Part shown: in pieces, positions 26,195 to 39,899 of the stretch
How positions within the stretch are numbered: position 1 is the first letter of the stretch
Layout: each line of letters starts with the position of its first letter
NCBI GenBank assembly: GCA_013265495.1
Contig: MU058463.1
Span: 434,001 to 498,000 of the forward strand
Origin: Vicugna vicugna
Taxonomy: Eukaryota
DNA: 64,000 nucleotides
Direction of reading: 5' to 3'
Notes under the pieces: generated by a model
What the model saw: the letters and a program-made list of their open reading frames with translations, nothing else
Database searches by the model: none
Told to the model about the DNA's origin: nothing
Made by a program: the position numbers and the translations under genes

Positions 26195-26706
26195 AGTCGG
26201 GAGACAGTTCTCCTTGGGTCTCTTGGGTTTCTTCATGTTATGCAAGCAAGGCATTAACCACCATTTTGTTCCAGACTATCTTTCTATCTTCTACAAGAAT
26301 GTTTGTACCACAAATATCCATGAAATGTATAAATAGCGTTTCCACTGGAGCAAAGGGAAGAATTATTTACCATCCAGTATAATAAAGACAATGCCTTCCT
26401 CTGTTATGAATGTTAAGCAGGTTTGTTTGCAGCTCTTCATAAAAGAATTGGAATCCTTAGTTTGAGATTCCTCAACTGTGTTGCAAACCAACAGCATGAT
26501 CTTGGCCATTCTGGACTCCTCAACCCCAGCCTTGGCCCAGGGACTCGGGACCCAGGGAAACTGATATAATGATAAAGCTTCTGTACACAGTGAGTCATGA
26601 AGTACTTTGTTTATGATCCAGAAGTCCTGTGACTTCTGTCTTTATTTATGAAGAAGACTGAATAGTATAGAGCACAAAAATCTCAGACTCTAGACAAATT
26701 GCCACA
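26195..26706 (+). mobile_element. MER77 solo LTR (ERVL)
   Basis: 'gtcgggagacagttctccttgggtctc', 'ctggagcaaaggg', 'ccagtataataaagacaatg', 'aaaatctcagac' match recalled MER77; 5-bp TSD catac/tatac (26190-26194, 26707-26711). Confidence 0.88.
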
Positions 26707-26894
26707 TATACAAATTGTCTTGGTCTTTATTAAAAGTCAGTGTGTGAATATCACTCTAGGTTTGAGTTATTCCATGTAGAGCATCTTGAACTTTTTTCAG
26801 GAAGCAGAGTTTTACTGTTCTTTAAGGATTAATGACAAAGGAACAATGAGTGGAGCCCTATGTCTTGTTGGTATTATATAATATAGATAATAAG

Positions 26895-27040
26895 TTGTAG
26901 GGATACAAAGTTTCACTTATATAAGATAGATACATTCTAGAGATCTGCGGCATGACATAGTACCTATAGTTAACGATTCTGAATTGTGCACTTAAAAAAC
27001 TGTTAAGATGGTAGAACTCATATTTTATCACAAGAAAAAA
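26895..27040 (+). mobile_element. L1MA-type 3' end fragment
   Basis: 'ggatacaaagtttcacttatataagat...ttctagagatctgc...atagtacctatagttaac...gttaagatggtaga'. Confidence 0.8.
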
Positions 27041-28611
27041 TGCTTTATTTTATAGGATAAATTAAAATAAATTTTATGATCAAGTACTATTACAGATAAA
27101 AATACTGAAAGTAGAACAGTCACCTTGTTAATGAGAAAAAATAAGATCATAGATTCAATGAACAAGAAACTTTCTCTCCAGAAAAATACTTTGTGTTATG
27201 TTAAAAAAACAAAAAAGATTTAAAATAGTCTGCATAAGCCATGTCAAATTATTATTGCTAAAAGAAGGTAACATCTTCGGCTGAAAGTTAAGAGCAGCAA
27301 TTGAATGAAAAAGAGAAAAATCCCCAGTTTATATTAGAAGGCATTTTGAGTGGAATCTGTTCATCTAATTGTTCTTAATGTGCTTACTTAACAGAAAGCT
27401 TATACAAATCTCATTAGCTACTCATGCTTCAAGAAACACAATACAATTTTGTAAATAAATCTCATTATTAAATCCCAGTTATTTTCATATATATGGAATA
27501 TAATGTATATGTTAAATGGATGTTTTCCATTACTTGATTTTTAGAAAGCATTAGAATATTTAGTAGTTTGATTATTTCCACTCTTGGATATCATTTGATT
27601 TTTAGAATATTATGTCATGAGGCTGAATAAATAGGGGTATATAATCTGTGAATCAAACAAACTACACAGAGGCATGTCAGTTGTTGGGAAATATGATAGC
27701 AGGTAAACAGAGTAAACATTGGAGGGTGTTAGCCTTGAGGTACTAGTTGGTTTAAAAAGAAAATGTCATTAATCCTGCATAAGAGTGAGATTTTAAGGAG
27801 GGGAAGTTGAAGAGGCGATAATAATTAGTTTCCAACACTAGCAACAAGCATACTAATGCTAAAACAATAGAAAATACACTTATTGTTAGAACGAGCAGGA
27901 AATCCAGGCATTGTGTAAAACAGGACTGCATAACCCAGAGACTTAGTTATAGTGAGGCACAAGGCTGGAACTTGTACACAGGTATTCACTTCCATATATG
28001 AAGTCCAGTGTAAGAATTAATGAAGCAGCAAAACTCAGCTAAAACTAAGCTGCCAATTTGTTTCACAACAACTGATACAATTTTAAAAAAAGAAAACTGA
28101 TACACTACCATTTGGGAAAAGACTGTGTTTATTTTGATTTTAGGTTTGAAATTAAATTACAGGAAAAACAAAGCATAGAGGGTATTACACCTTTTTGAGG
28201 CAAATAATTTAATCACTCCATAATATTTTAGGGAAATAGATTCAAAAACTCTTTAAGAAGCTATAATAACATATACTGTATATTTCTCCCCAGTGCAGGA
28301 TCTTATTCCTAAATTTTGTTGTTATTTCTCATAACAAAAAAAATGTATTTTTCATATAGTTATTCCACAGAAATTCAACAGAGGAAAAAAGATTACTATC
28401 CGCACCCTGGAAATTTCAAGAAGTATCTTGAGATAAAATGGAGTTTAGTATAAGAAAAATTTTTAAATATAATAACTGGAGAATATTTCTGCTCAAAATA
28501 TACTTAGAAAAAAGGATGTTTCTCAAGTAAGTAAGTAGAAAAAATTTACTAGTCAACAGATTAAAAGCAAAGGTGGGGAACTTACTACATTTATCCGTGT
28601 AAGTAACTGCA

Positions 28612-28815
28612 GAGTTGTAGATACTAACTATATATAAAATAAACAAAAAAGTTTATACTATATAGCGCAGAGAACTATATTCAATTTCTCATAGTAACCT
28701 ATAATGAAAAGAATATAAAAAGGAATATATATATATATGTACATGTATGACTGAAACATGCTGTATATCAGAAATTGACACAACATTGTAAACTGATTAT
28801 ACTTCAATAAAAAAA
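28612..28815 (+). mobile_element. Cetartiodactyl-type L1 3' end
   Basis: 'tatagcgcagagaactatattcaa...gtaacctataatgaaaagaatat...cagaaattgacacaacattgtaaactgattatacttcaataaaaaaa'. Confidence 0.9.
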
Positions 28816-29974
28816 TAATTACAGAAAAATATTCAGAGTTGAACTGTTGGTGAAATTTCCTTCTCTGTCTTGGGTTGAGACATAGGCAGCCCAAAAGTAT
28901 ATACATAAAGTACATTTGTGCATATGGTCACAGGTATTAGACAGACTCTAGATGGTTACCAATCCCCACCAAAGAAAGGAAAAAGGCTCAACCATATCAT
29001 ATATGTATTGTTTTCTTCTATCATTTTACTGTATATTTGATCCCATCTATTTCCAGTTATCTTAAGAATTAAACTTTCTGATCATCAATTGATGCTTCTC
29101 CTATAACCTACCAATGATATTAATTTAATTACATTAGGCATGAGAATAAAATAGATAAAATATGTGCTATCATTCCATTAGTTTAATGGAAACAATCAAT
29201 GACTATTAAAATTTGTTTAATAACTTTGAAGCAGGTAGCTCCATAGCTAGAATTTAAAACATAAATATAAGAACACATCTTAAGGAATTTTATGTTGTTA
29301 ATACACTGGAAACAGTGATATTAAGTTTGTAGCTTGACTCAAAAAAATTAACTACTACACAAATCATGCATAGTGTGCAAGGAATACAATTTCATTACAT
29401 TCTTAAAGAGAAATATGATTATTTTCATGTATGTAAATCCCCTACACACTTCCTCCATAATATTCTTTCTCTGGAATCATAATTTCTACTATGATATGGC
29501 TATAATTCTCTTGGGAACTCGGAGTTTTGTCCCTTTGATTAAAATGAAAAAAAATCATTTGTTGCTTCTAGTTCTCAGACTAGCCAATTTCTCTAGTTGC
29601 ACAGTCAGTCCCATTAATTTTTTAGGAATACGTTCTGCTGTCTTAAATTCTTTGTGTTAATTGACAGAGTACTGTATTTTATAATTGAAAGTAGTGTAAA
29701 ACCTAAAAAATACACTAACCATAAAAATTCAGTCACGATGAATATACACAAAGTTTAGAAGACTTTGGAGAAAATATATACAAATAATGTTCTCTAATAA
29801 AGAAATAAGTTCTAAGACAATCTGACAGACATACAGAATAATGATCAATTTCACATGAACTCTCTCAATATCACGTAAATGGTCATGTTCTCCCATCTCA
29901 TTCTCTTTGATACGGTGATTAATAAAGAAAGTATCTTCGCAAGTATATTTCACTGCCAGGAGATTAATCTATAT

Positions 29975-30070
29975 CTCATTTTGCATTCAAAATTTCAGTA
30001 TTGTTCTTGTTAAGAAAGGAATCCTAAAGTAAAATTGGCTTCAGAATTAACAAAAACTTGGCTCATCCCG
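29975..30070 (+). mobile_element. MER53-like hAT MITE fragment
   Basis: 'ttttgcattcaaaatttcagtattgttcttgttaag...gcttcag...aaaacttggctcatccc' resembles the MER53 end. Confidence 0.4.
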
Positions 30071-30889
30071 GATAACCAGAGTTAGTATTATTCAAGTCTT
30101 CTCTCAGTCCCAAAGAGCACACTAATGTTAACAAGATTATATTAGACTTACCAGAGAGCATTCCGTCAAATATGATCAGAGACTACCCTCCTGTACTCCA
30201 GAGAATTCATCAGGCTCTACATCTCAAGTTAGCTTGTTTTTACCCTCTCCTTCTAACCTACTTATTTTCTCTACTGTCTTTGACATTTTGTGTGTGCTTT
30301 TTATCCGTTATCTGCATAACTGCATAGCCTGAGCCATATTAGGAAGGTGATTATAATACCCCCTGAAAGTCATGGATTAACATTACTCCATAAATCTTCA
30401 ACATTTTTTTTTCTGGTCTTTCCCTTGCTTATCATCTGCATTATGATTAAATATTTTGAGCTTTAATCTACTACCACTTTGCTAACTGGTTTTTCCTCTC
30501 TTTTCATATGTGCTTTAGGATTCCAAACCCATTAATTTCCTACTGTTGTATAATAATATTACAAAAAATGTGAGAAGATCCAGGGCTTCAAAATAAATAA
30601 AATAATAATAATGCAAGAAGCAATAAATATATCTACATATAAATGTTTCTGTGACACTGAAATTTTCTATAAAAAAATACATAAAACTCATGGTACTTGG
30701 GAAGTATTCACAAATTAAAATATGCTTTCTATTCAATTTCTAGTAATACTAATTACATTGACAAAGAAGAAATGTTAAAAAAAATATAAGTACAAGTAAG
30801 TGTGAGGTAGCATTCTGTGTATGCAGTTTGAGGGAAGTACAATGGTGATTTGATATAGATAAATGAAACATTTGGCCTGGAAGATATAC

Positions 30890-31114
30890 TGCAGTATGGA
30901 TTACTAATATGGCTGACAAGTTAGTAGGTGTCACAACAGACAGGAAATAAAAGCTGCCAGTTCTAAGACTTGGGATAGAAAATTGTCACAGCATCACTTC
31001 TGCCATATTCCATTGGTCAAAGAAGTACCATGACCACCCAGATTTCAAAGTGCAAGGTTCATATTTTGATGACAGACATGTGAACTAATTTGCAGCCATT
31101 CTTAATCCACCACA
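30890..31114 (-). mobile_element. MaLR MLT1H/J-like LTR fragment
   Basis: 'cacagcatcacttctgccatattccattggtcaaag...cccagatttcaa...tttgcagccattcttaatccaccaca'. Confidence 0.8.
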
Positions 31115-31274
31115 GGAGATAATTATATAAAAATGTTTCACTAATAATAAAATACTAATTTTGAAATAAGTTATTTCTTCATTTGTATTGCACTTTCCTT
31201 TGAAATACTAAAATTTGCACAAATAAAACTATAATGTTATGTTTTTAATGAAAAAAAAGCTATAGAAGTAAAAA

Positions 31275-31308
31275 TGTGTGTGTGTGTGTGTGTGTATATA
31301 TGTATATA
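31275..31308. repeat. (TG)n(TA)n microsatellite
   Basis: Seen directly. Confidence 0.9.
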
Positions 31309-32898
31309 TTTGGCACTGTAAATGTTTGGTATCATAGAAAATACTTGATAAAATAGTCCTAAACAACACTTCACATTATCTAGTTTTCCAAAGCAATATT
31401 TAGAAGATGAATATGTTATTGGACCTTGAGGAGGACTTCTATTGGCTATGAAAAATATTTTAAAGTATTCTTACATAATGGGACATTTGATTTCCTAGAA
31501 TGACTTAATTTGTTGTTCTCAGTGGAAGTGAGAGCTATAGCTCTAAGATCTAAATTTTCATGTTGTTTTTAATTTAAATTTATTAATATTTTATTCATTT
31601 TGTGTGAACATATTGCTTCCTCAAGTCAGTTATCAACTCTATCCCTATTTCTTAATAGTTAGAAACCAATAAAGATTTAATAGGAGGAGCCTGCGGCAAA
31701 GTATGAATTTGAATTAGGTGGTGGTATTTTAATATTCTAATAACTCTCATCTGTGTGACAATAAAATTCAATTTCAAAAGTTTTAATGAAAGGAACACAT
31801 GATTTATTCTGCAGGATGTTCATGAGTCCCATAAGTGTTTTTTCCATAAAATAAACTGCCTAGTGTTGCCTTTCTCATAGCGTGTTTCCAAAAAACTAGT
31901 TCTAGAGAACATTAATAGAATATAATACAACTTAGAGGATTAACAAAAATTTATGTTTTTAAAATTATGGATTTTCTCAGAGATGTAAATCTTTTATTTG
32001 CATTCCACAGCTTCAAACAAATATATGACACACATTTTAAATTAATTAATTAATTAATTCAATGAACATCACTGAGGATTGCAGATTCTGGTTTCTCTCT
32101 TAGGAAAACAATGATTTCTATTTTAATTCGAAAAAGATTTAATAAAGAGAGCTTAATTCTTAAAATCTTATTGCAAATAGTAGAGGGCATGTTCTCGAAT
32201 GCTTTGTTGCATTACAGAGAAATAGCATATTAGGAATCTCTAACTCACACGACACTCATAATATTAAGCTGAATAATAGATGACGTAGTGCTGGGGTCCC
32301 TGAATCAGTATAAGCTAAGCCCAAGAAGCTGACATCACTACTATATTCATACACATAATTAGTAAACAGACACCAATTCTGAATTCCCCTTCCTCCATAA
32401 TTGCTTTTTGAAGCGCACAAAACTGAATATTGCATGTTTGTATATAAGGATTTTCATTTCCTTTCAGTACAACTATGAGTGTGTCTGATTGAAACTAATT
32501 CCAATATAATAGCCATAAGCATTCTCAGGTAATATAAATTAATCTGATGAAGTCTTCAGCATATAAACAAGTGGAAATAGATGCTGAATGGTACAGCTTC
32601 CATATCATTTTACATCAGAATAGTAAGGAATCACTTCGCTGTCTCTTTGTCTCCAGAATTGCTAATAAGAAAACTTCTCTTGGCTTGACTCGTTTCATTG
32701 CAGTTAAACTTTACTGTTTATAAATAAAATTTATGTGGCATATAGCAATGTATATGAATATTCCTATTACTATTGCCTCAGTCCCAACTATCACTGCTAC
32801 AGAAGACATTTGGATTTACTCTTTGACCTTGATGTTCTGAAATGTAGAAAACAGAAATTCCTTTTTTTTAACCGTCTTCCCTGCCTTACATTTCACTG

Positions 32899-33118
32899 TT
32901 TTTTTTAACATTTTTTATTGATTTATAATCATTTTACAATGTTGTATCAAATTCCAGTGTAGAGCACAATTTTTCAGTTATACATGAACAGATATATATT
33001 CATTGTCAGTTTTTTCTCCGTGAGCTACCATAAGATCTTGTATATATTTCCCTGTGCTATACAGTATAATCTTGTTTATCTATTCTACAATTTTGAAATC
33101 CCAGTCTATCCCTTTCCA
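32899..33118 (-). mobile_element. Young camelid-type L1 3' end
   Basis: Poly-T then 'aacattttttattgatttataatcattttacaatgttgtatcaaattccagtgtagagcac...ttccctgtgctatacagtataatcttgtttatctattc...cccagtctatccc'. Confidence 0.92.
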
Positions 33119-33339
33119 CTGGTCTTTTTAATTTAACTGATGTTGAAGTGGAAATGGTATACTGGTGGTCAGCATTTGCTACTTCAGTCTTACTCTAGTG
33201 TGCCTTCTCTAAATCAGAGCCTAAACAACTAACATGATATTTGCAGGTCTTTTTTGCAATCATGATTTTAAATGAAAATTAATTCATGCAATTCATGCAT
33301 TAATAGATCTGTAATTAAATACAATTGTTCAAAATTTGG

Positions 33340-34640
33340 AGGGTAGAAACAAAGAAGTTATCTTCCTGTCACCCTGGTTTGGTTCTGAAAAGTGAAGTTT
33401 TGGACACTGAGTTTTCTGCATCAGCATTCTGCTGACTAGACATTAGATTTGTGACTACTGGAAGGCAGTTGTAGCCACAGCAAACATAAGTTTCCTGATT
33501 CTTGGATATCAGCACTTGTAGTGTGTTCTTGAATCAAGAAATTGAAATGTAACCTATTTTCGCACCTAACACTTTATAAAACAAGCAGCAGCTCTATGAT
33601 TGGGCCAGTTCAATAGTTTTGTTCCAGGAATCATTCTTGGAGATCAATCTAGAGTCCACTGTTTGATCTATTCAGAATGATTCTGTCAACATTAAACTGA
33701 ATGTGTTAAGCATATAGAGGACTTAAAATAGTTTTAAATGGCTTCCATTTCCTAGAATTGCATTGTTGCAACCAAATATTTTCAAGCAGCAGACCCTGAA
33801 AACTAAAAAAAGGGACTGGTTATCCTAGTTTTGAGAGTAATGAAAATCTAATTATCAAAGTAAAATAGGACTCTGCTACTTTAGGACCTGAATAGGCAAA
33901 ATAAATCCTTAAAGTAACACATGGGATTATCCAAAATAAAGTGTTGTAGAATGCAAACTTGACAGATGGGAGTAGAGATAACCCCTTACAAAGTGAGGAG
34001 AGTACCATCACAAAACAGTTGTTGGGGAACTTGACGGAATGTGTGCTTTGCCAAAGCAGGGTGTCACTGTGCTGGCAATAGAATCTATCCTCACAGAAAC
34101 TTAATCTGTGAGTTACCAATTCTACTCGATTAGAGGTGCTTGGGCACTTTTTTTCAATAGTCATTCTGTGGTGCTAACAATCCAAAAGAGAATCCACATT
34201 AATTAATTATATACAATTGTAGGAATAAAATATGAAGCATTAATGAATATAGAAGAATATGTATAGACCATGAATTATTTGCGGAGAGAAAATAATATAA
34301 GGGCAGAGAACATAGAGATTATTACTAAGATTTCACAGATCACTACAAAGACAAATGATTTCCCAGTTGACCTGACAGAAGTAGTGGAAATGTAGCAGCA
34401 ATCCCAGCTGAAGGGGAAGGCAAGCTATTTGTTACACAGGAGAGAGAATAGCTGTTATACTGTCTTTATATCTGAGCAAGAAGGTTGTGTGTATTACAAA
34501 CATAATCAAAATTACAATTATTCAAGGAAATATGTTTACTGTTGGATAATTCCCAGAGTACAGAGCTGATACTGTGCAAAGTATAAAGCAATATATTCAC
34601 TTTCTGTTCCAAGAACACAAAAGACTTAACTTTAAATCCA
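33340..34640 (+). mobile_element. Probable ancient ERVL LTR followed by internal (leader/gag-like) remnant
   Basis: LTR-like segment ending near 'ttgcaaccaaat' (~33775), followed by purine-rich text resembling ERVL internal sequence; heavily diverged. Confidence 0.4.
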
Positions 34641-34649
34641 TGGGTCAAT

Positions 34650-34810
34650 TCAGAAGTGAGTTCTGAAGCTTAAACAATGTAGGCTACATTTTAAAGAAAA
34701 AATATACAGAATTTTAAGTAAAAGAGTAGCTATAGGGATTTGAGGGGGCCTACGTAAATGTGGGATCCTGAAACCTAAGCTTTATTAGCCTCATAGTATA
34801 TCTACTTCTG
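34650..34810 (-). mobile_element. MER53 hAT MITE
   Basis: 'ctgaagcttaaacaat...aagaaaaaatatacagaatt...gggggcctacgtaaatgtgggatcctgaaacctaagctttattagcctcatagtatatctacttctg'. Confidence 0.75.
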
Positions 34811-34899
34811 CTATGGGTCTTTGCTAGGTGATTAGCTCTGTATAGAGCTATACCCATGGCTTAGTATCTCCTATTTTTTTAAGTTTCTGTTCCATCATC

Positions 34900-35175
34900 A
34901 CTGTTTCAACAATGTCTCTATTATCCTAATCTATCCAGCACTCCTGGGTCCCCTTTACATTTCTCTTTTCCTTTGTTTCATGTTACATATCTCTTAACAT
35001 AACATATAATTAAATTAGTCATTATGTTTATTGTTTATTTCCCCCAGTAGAAGATAAGGTCCATAAGGGCAGGGATTTTTGTTTGTTTGTTTCATGGATA
35101 ATTTTCAAGTGTTTAGATCATTATCTGGCACATGGTAGGTACACAGCAGAAAATAATCAATCAAATGAATGAAGT
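34900..35175 (+). mobile_element. L2a 3' end
   Basis: 'agtagaagataaggtccataagggcagggatttttgtttgttt...tctggcacatggtaggtacac...aatgaatgaa'. Confidence 0.85.
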
Positions 35176-35199
35176 GACAGCTTTAGTTTTCACCAATAA

Positions 35200-35660
35200 T
35201 TTCTCAATACCATGTCATCATTACTTTTCTAAAAACATAAATAAGTTTGCTTACTTCCTTTCAAAATTTTTAAAAATGTTTTCCCATTAATGGTTTTCTA
35301 CTAATGTTAAAATTAATCATCAAATTCTTAATGATCTACAAACTCTTCATAGTCTGTCCCAAGCTGTCTCTCCAACATCCTTTCCAGTCCACTTAAAAAA
35401 AAACTCAATGCAATAATCCACCAAAACTGCATTCCTACCTCATTCAAACCCTCAAACACTTCTGTTTTTGCCTTCACTATCCCTTTATCCCTCAATATTT
35501 TTATTCTGTCTCTTCTCCCTTTCAACACACACACGCACACAACTGTCATCTTTACTAGATTGTAAACTTCTTGTGGGAAAAATAAAATTATATCTATAAT
35601 TATAAAGTTAGTATATAGCATGGTAACCGGCATATAGTACATATTGAACTAGTATTTGGG
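35200..35660 (+). mobile_element. Second L2 3' fragment
   Basis: 'tactagattgtaaacttcttgtggga...atagcatggtaaccggcatatagtac'. Confidence 0.6.
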
Positions 35661-36279
35661 GAATATAAGAAGTTACCCTATTACATAATTCCTATATGAA
35701 GTTCTTTCATAACAGTGTATATGAAAAATGTTTTTAAAAAGGATTTTTACAAAGAAATCTGAAATCAAAATTTTCACTCCGGAAGCATAAACTGTATTAG
35801 AAATAGAAAGAAACAAATGTTATTTAAAAATTTTCAATGCCTTTATCTTCTGTATTAAGTATATGGTGATCACTCTTAGTCTTTCAACTGAAATTTTTCT
35901 CTCCTCATGCGTACTACAATGTTTGCCTTTTATTCAAAGTCTACTGACCCCAAGGCACTCAGGTAATCTGAAACTGATATTCCAAGACAACATTTACTGA
36001 ATTTAGACTTTCTATCACCCACATAATCTTTGTGACCCTTTGTGTCACACATTCAGTGGATTAAATGCAATGGAATAAAGTGTCTGTAACGCACATCATG
36101 TGTCCCATAAACTGTCTTAGGCTTAACCTGGGACACTTCCCCGTGGGAACAATGAATAAAGGTCTAATCCTTCCATTCTCCTGCTAGCTATGGTTTTATA
36201 TTTTTTAAATTCAAAATAAAACCATGTTGCTATATGACATTGATACATTTCTCCCAAGACCTTGTGCATATGGGATCAG

Positions 36280-36660
36280 CCTTGCATGACACTGGAACAA
36301 TGGAAACTCATATACACCACTGGTGTGAATGTAAATGAGAAAAGCAATTTGTGGTGGAATTTTTCTATATTGTGTAAAACTGAAGCTCTTCATATACTTT
36401 GAGCAACATGGCCCTTAGTTCTGAACCTAGAGAAATGATGTCAGAGTCACAACATGAAAATCCACTGAAGTGTTGTTTGTAGTGACAAAATATTAAAGGC
36501 ATTCAAAATATCCTTGAGATGTTGAATCAATGAACATTCTGAGGTATAATCATACAGGTGTGAAATAGATAATAGAATTATTGATATAAACATTTATAAA
36601 TCACAGAAGCTTACAGAGTGAAAAAGTTGCAGAACAGTGTATATAGTGTGCAGCATATGC
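36280..36660 (+). mobile_element. L1ME-like fragment
   Basis: 'ggaaactcatatacaccactggtgtgaatgtaaat', 'gtgaaaaagttgcagaacagtgtatatagt'. Confidence 0.65.
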
Positions 36661-37499
36661 CTTACACTGGGTGGCATCTTAGACATAAGGACATAAAAAA
36701 TACAAAATACAAAAATACTATTTTTATCTAAACTAGATAGTGAAAATTGACCATAATCTGAAATTCTGTGTCCTTGATGAAGTACTAATGATAAGACCTC
36801 TTATGCTCAGGTAACACAGCCTTAAAAAATCTGACAGTGGGATGGAGATGAAATATGATCTAAACGTGGCTAATTATAGTCACCAGGAAATTGTTTCTAA
36901 AGTTATAAGTGAAACTACTAAGTAAATGAGTTTAATAAGCTGAGAACACACAGTTCCTGAACTAATTGTCAGTCATGCCTGTTATCTGAGGGGTGCTTGC
37001 CCTCAAAGAGGGATTAATTTTGGTTTCAACATTTTCTTTACTCAGCAAATATTAAACAATATTTCTGAGTTTAATGCCTTCTTTTAGCATATTTATTCTG
37101 AAAGAATAATTTGAAAAATGGTTGATGATAGTTAAGAAATTATTTAACATTTTAAAATTAAAATTGGGATCCTCAGAGTATTTATATTAGAGATAACAAA
37201 ATTGATAGTAAGATTGGAATTCTTAGACTGGTGTGGTATTAAAGAAGAATGGAGAGGAAAATCAAGAAAAAAGATTATAGAATCTCAGCAGTATGCTGAA
37301 AAAAGTGCTTAACATATTTGTCAAAATAATTTAGACATCTATCCAAATTATTTTTTTAAATATGGATTAATTAATTCAACAAAAATAGAGTATAAATAAG
37401 TAGAACTAAATATAGGCATTTATTTTCTGAAATAAGAAGGAAGGAATTATAAAGGAACAAAGAGCAATTTAAAAATGTTCCATATAATTAATTCAATGA

Positions 37500-37880
37500 A
37501 TACAGATTAAAACAACTTGATGCCATTTTCCCTCTGAATTTGTAAAGAAAAAAGTATATTATGCTAAATTTTGCAAAGGTTGTGATTAAATAAACATTCT
37601 AATGAATTCCTGAGAATGACATAATAATTTTAAAGCTTCTTGAGAAAAAAATTTACTAAGTGCATCCCCTAATTTATAATTCTGTATACAATTCAATTCA
37701 GTAATTCCACCTTCAGAAATTTTCAAGATGGCTATCATTGAGCATAGGTATTATTATGTACAGTTATGTTATCACAGTGTTTTTTAACAGAAAAAAATAA
37801 AGTCTAAGTGTTCATCTATGGTGAATTGATTAAATTACAACATACTTGCAATTTGTGGATTACTATGCATTTGGTAACAG
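37500..37880 (+). mobile_element. L1ME-like fragment, interrupted by an LTR
   Basis: 'attcagtaattccaccttcagaaattt', 'tctaagtgttcatctatggtgaattgattaaatta'. Confidence 0.5.
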
Positions 37881-37883
37881 TTT

Positions 37884-38492
37884 TGTTAGGCAGTTTGGTA
37901 GAAATGAACACTAGGCAAGGGGAGAGGAGTCAGGAGGGAGCAACTCAGAAAATAACAGTAAGCCTGTGCTCAGGATTAGGGGCTCCAAAAACTTACTTTC
38001 TCTAAGTGAGAGCCAGCAAAGAAGCCGGCTAGATTCGAACTCTGCAGCTGCACAGTGGAGAGAAGGACCCTGCTTACTTTGACACAATGCTCATTATAAT
38101 GTAATTAACATTGCAGTTTGAGACCGCTCAAATAGGTTTCTCTGTGTGCATCATAGGCAAAAACATGCATAAAAGACATGGGCGTTCCTGAACCCAAGGT
38201 ACCTAAGCTTGAGCACTCAAAGAACATTAAGCTGTCAATCAATAAACCAATCAATCACAAAAATTCCCCCTAAGCCAGGATATAAGAACAGGAAAAACAA
38301 AGGAGCTGCGCCATTTTTCCTCTCTTGGATTGGCCTATCCTCACTTCTCAGGAGTGTACTATATTGTACTGCCTTTTAACTTCACAAATAAAATCTTTTG
38401 TTCATATCATGTTTTCTATCTGCCATTAAAGATTCATTTATTTTTGGGTGACTAAGAATCGAGGTAACTTTTATTCCCCTCCTCTCGGTAAA
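37884..38492 (+). mobile_element. Solo ERV1-class LTR (~610 bp)
   Basis: Starts 'tgttaggcag'; CCAAT at 38247-38251, TATAAG at 38281, AATAAA at 38387-38392; ends 'ctcggtaaa' (degenerate ...aca); GC-richer than its flanks. Confidence 0.8.
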
Positions 38493-39050
38493 TTTCCATT
38501 TTAAATATGTAATGAAATATGATTAAGAATTATTATTTAGTAATAACTGCAAGGCCCAAAATATTATATATAGAATTATTCAAAATATATATTCATATAG
38601 GGTAGAAAATACAGGCAGTGATTGTTTTTAAGTGAAACCTTATTAATGCCATTGATTTTTATTTTTTGCATAGATTCTATGATGAACACGTATTTCCTTT
38701 ATATCAGAATGACTCCAAATTCTAAAATAATACAAACAAAATTGTTTAACTCCTTGCAGTTTGATAGATATAACTATAATGAGGATGACTAGCTCTTAGA
38801 ATTTCAGATTCTTGCAAAGGTTTTCTTTAAAGTATTTTCAAGAAAGTGCATGCAATTAACATGTAATGCCACTGGAAAATTAAAAACTTAGTCAAATTTC
38901 CAGAATAATAGTGTTTTTTGTTTTTTGTTAAAATATCTGGAGGATCCAGATTTTTGCTTTCTGTATAATTCTAGTCAGGGCAAACTATATAATTTCTAGT
39001 TGGAGTAAAATCACACATAACATTTTAGTAAAGTAAATTATTTTATTCTC

Positions 39051-39558
39051 TGTATTCAAGTTCCTATTGATGCGATAAAAAATTCCATACATTAGGTGGC
39101 TTAAAAACAACACAAATTTCTTACCACAGAGCTCTGGAGGTCAGAAACAAAAATAGGTTACATGGGCTAAGATTAATTTATCCTCAGGCCTGAGTTCCTT
39201 CTGGAAGTTCTAAGATCTATTTCTTTGCCTTTTCTAGCTTCAAAAACTATCGGAATTCCTCGACTTGAGGTCCCATGTTACTCTCACCTGGGCTTCTCCT
39301 TTCCTTTGCTCTGGTTATGACACTGTTCTCTCTGCTTTTATGTGCCGCAACATTCCCTCACTCTGACTCAGCCACTTCCCTTGTATAAAGACCAATATGA
39401 TTACTTTAGGCTCACACCAGTATTCCAGGAAAATTTCCCCATCTCAAAAATCCTTAACTCCATCTGCAAAGCCTCTTTTGCCTCATAAGGTAACGTAATT
39501 AAAGAGTCCAGAGATCAAGATATAGGCATGCTTTGCAGGTATTGTTTAGCCTACCACT
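39051..39558 (-). mobile_element. MaLR MLT1C/D-like LTR
   Basis: 'tgtatt...ggtggcttaaaaacaacacaaattt...ctctggaggtcagaa...tttccccatctcaaaaatccttaac...atctgcaaagcctcttttgcc...tttagcctaccac'. Confidence 0.88.
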
Positions 39559-39899
39559 GAAGATTAATATTAGTTTGAAAGATCAATTAAATCGCTCTTT
39601 TGTGGGTAAGCTGGCAGTCTAACACTTAACATCAATTTTTTTCTCTACATATGGGTAATTTCTGGTTAAATTCAGGACAATTTTATATGTTAACTAAACA
39701 AGTACATTGGCTTTAGTGGATAGATTAATTGAAAGAATATAGCTTTTATATATTTCACAAATTCAATGGTATCAGTAAAATATGCACACAAGTTATCATC
39801 ACAGGTCAAACACAATATGTTGTTTGAAAGAACAGGAAATCAGGTAATGAATTACAGCTTGTGTTACGTTATTAATAGTTCTACAAAGAAAGTTCTATC

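Noticed and set aside
29729..29953. Minus-strand 74-aa ORF with a few CpGs as a coding exon
   Set aside because: No recognisable homology and weak splice signals.
31531..31544. Perfect 14-bp palindrome agagctatagctct (and similar short hairpins near 29172 and 34810)
   Set aside because: Palindromes this short are expected by chance in 64 kb, with no supporting context.
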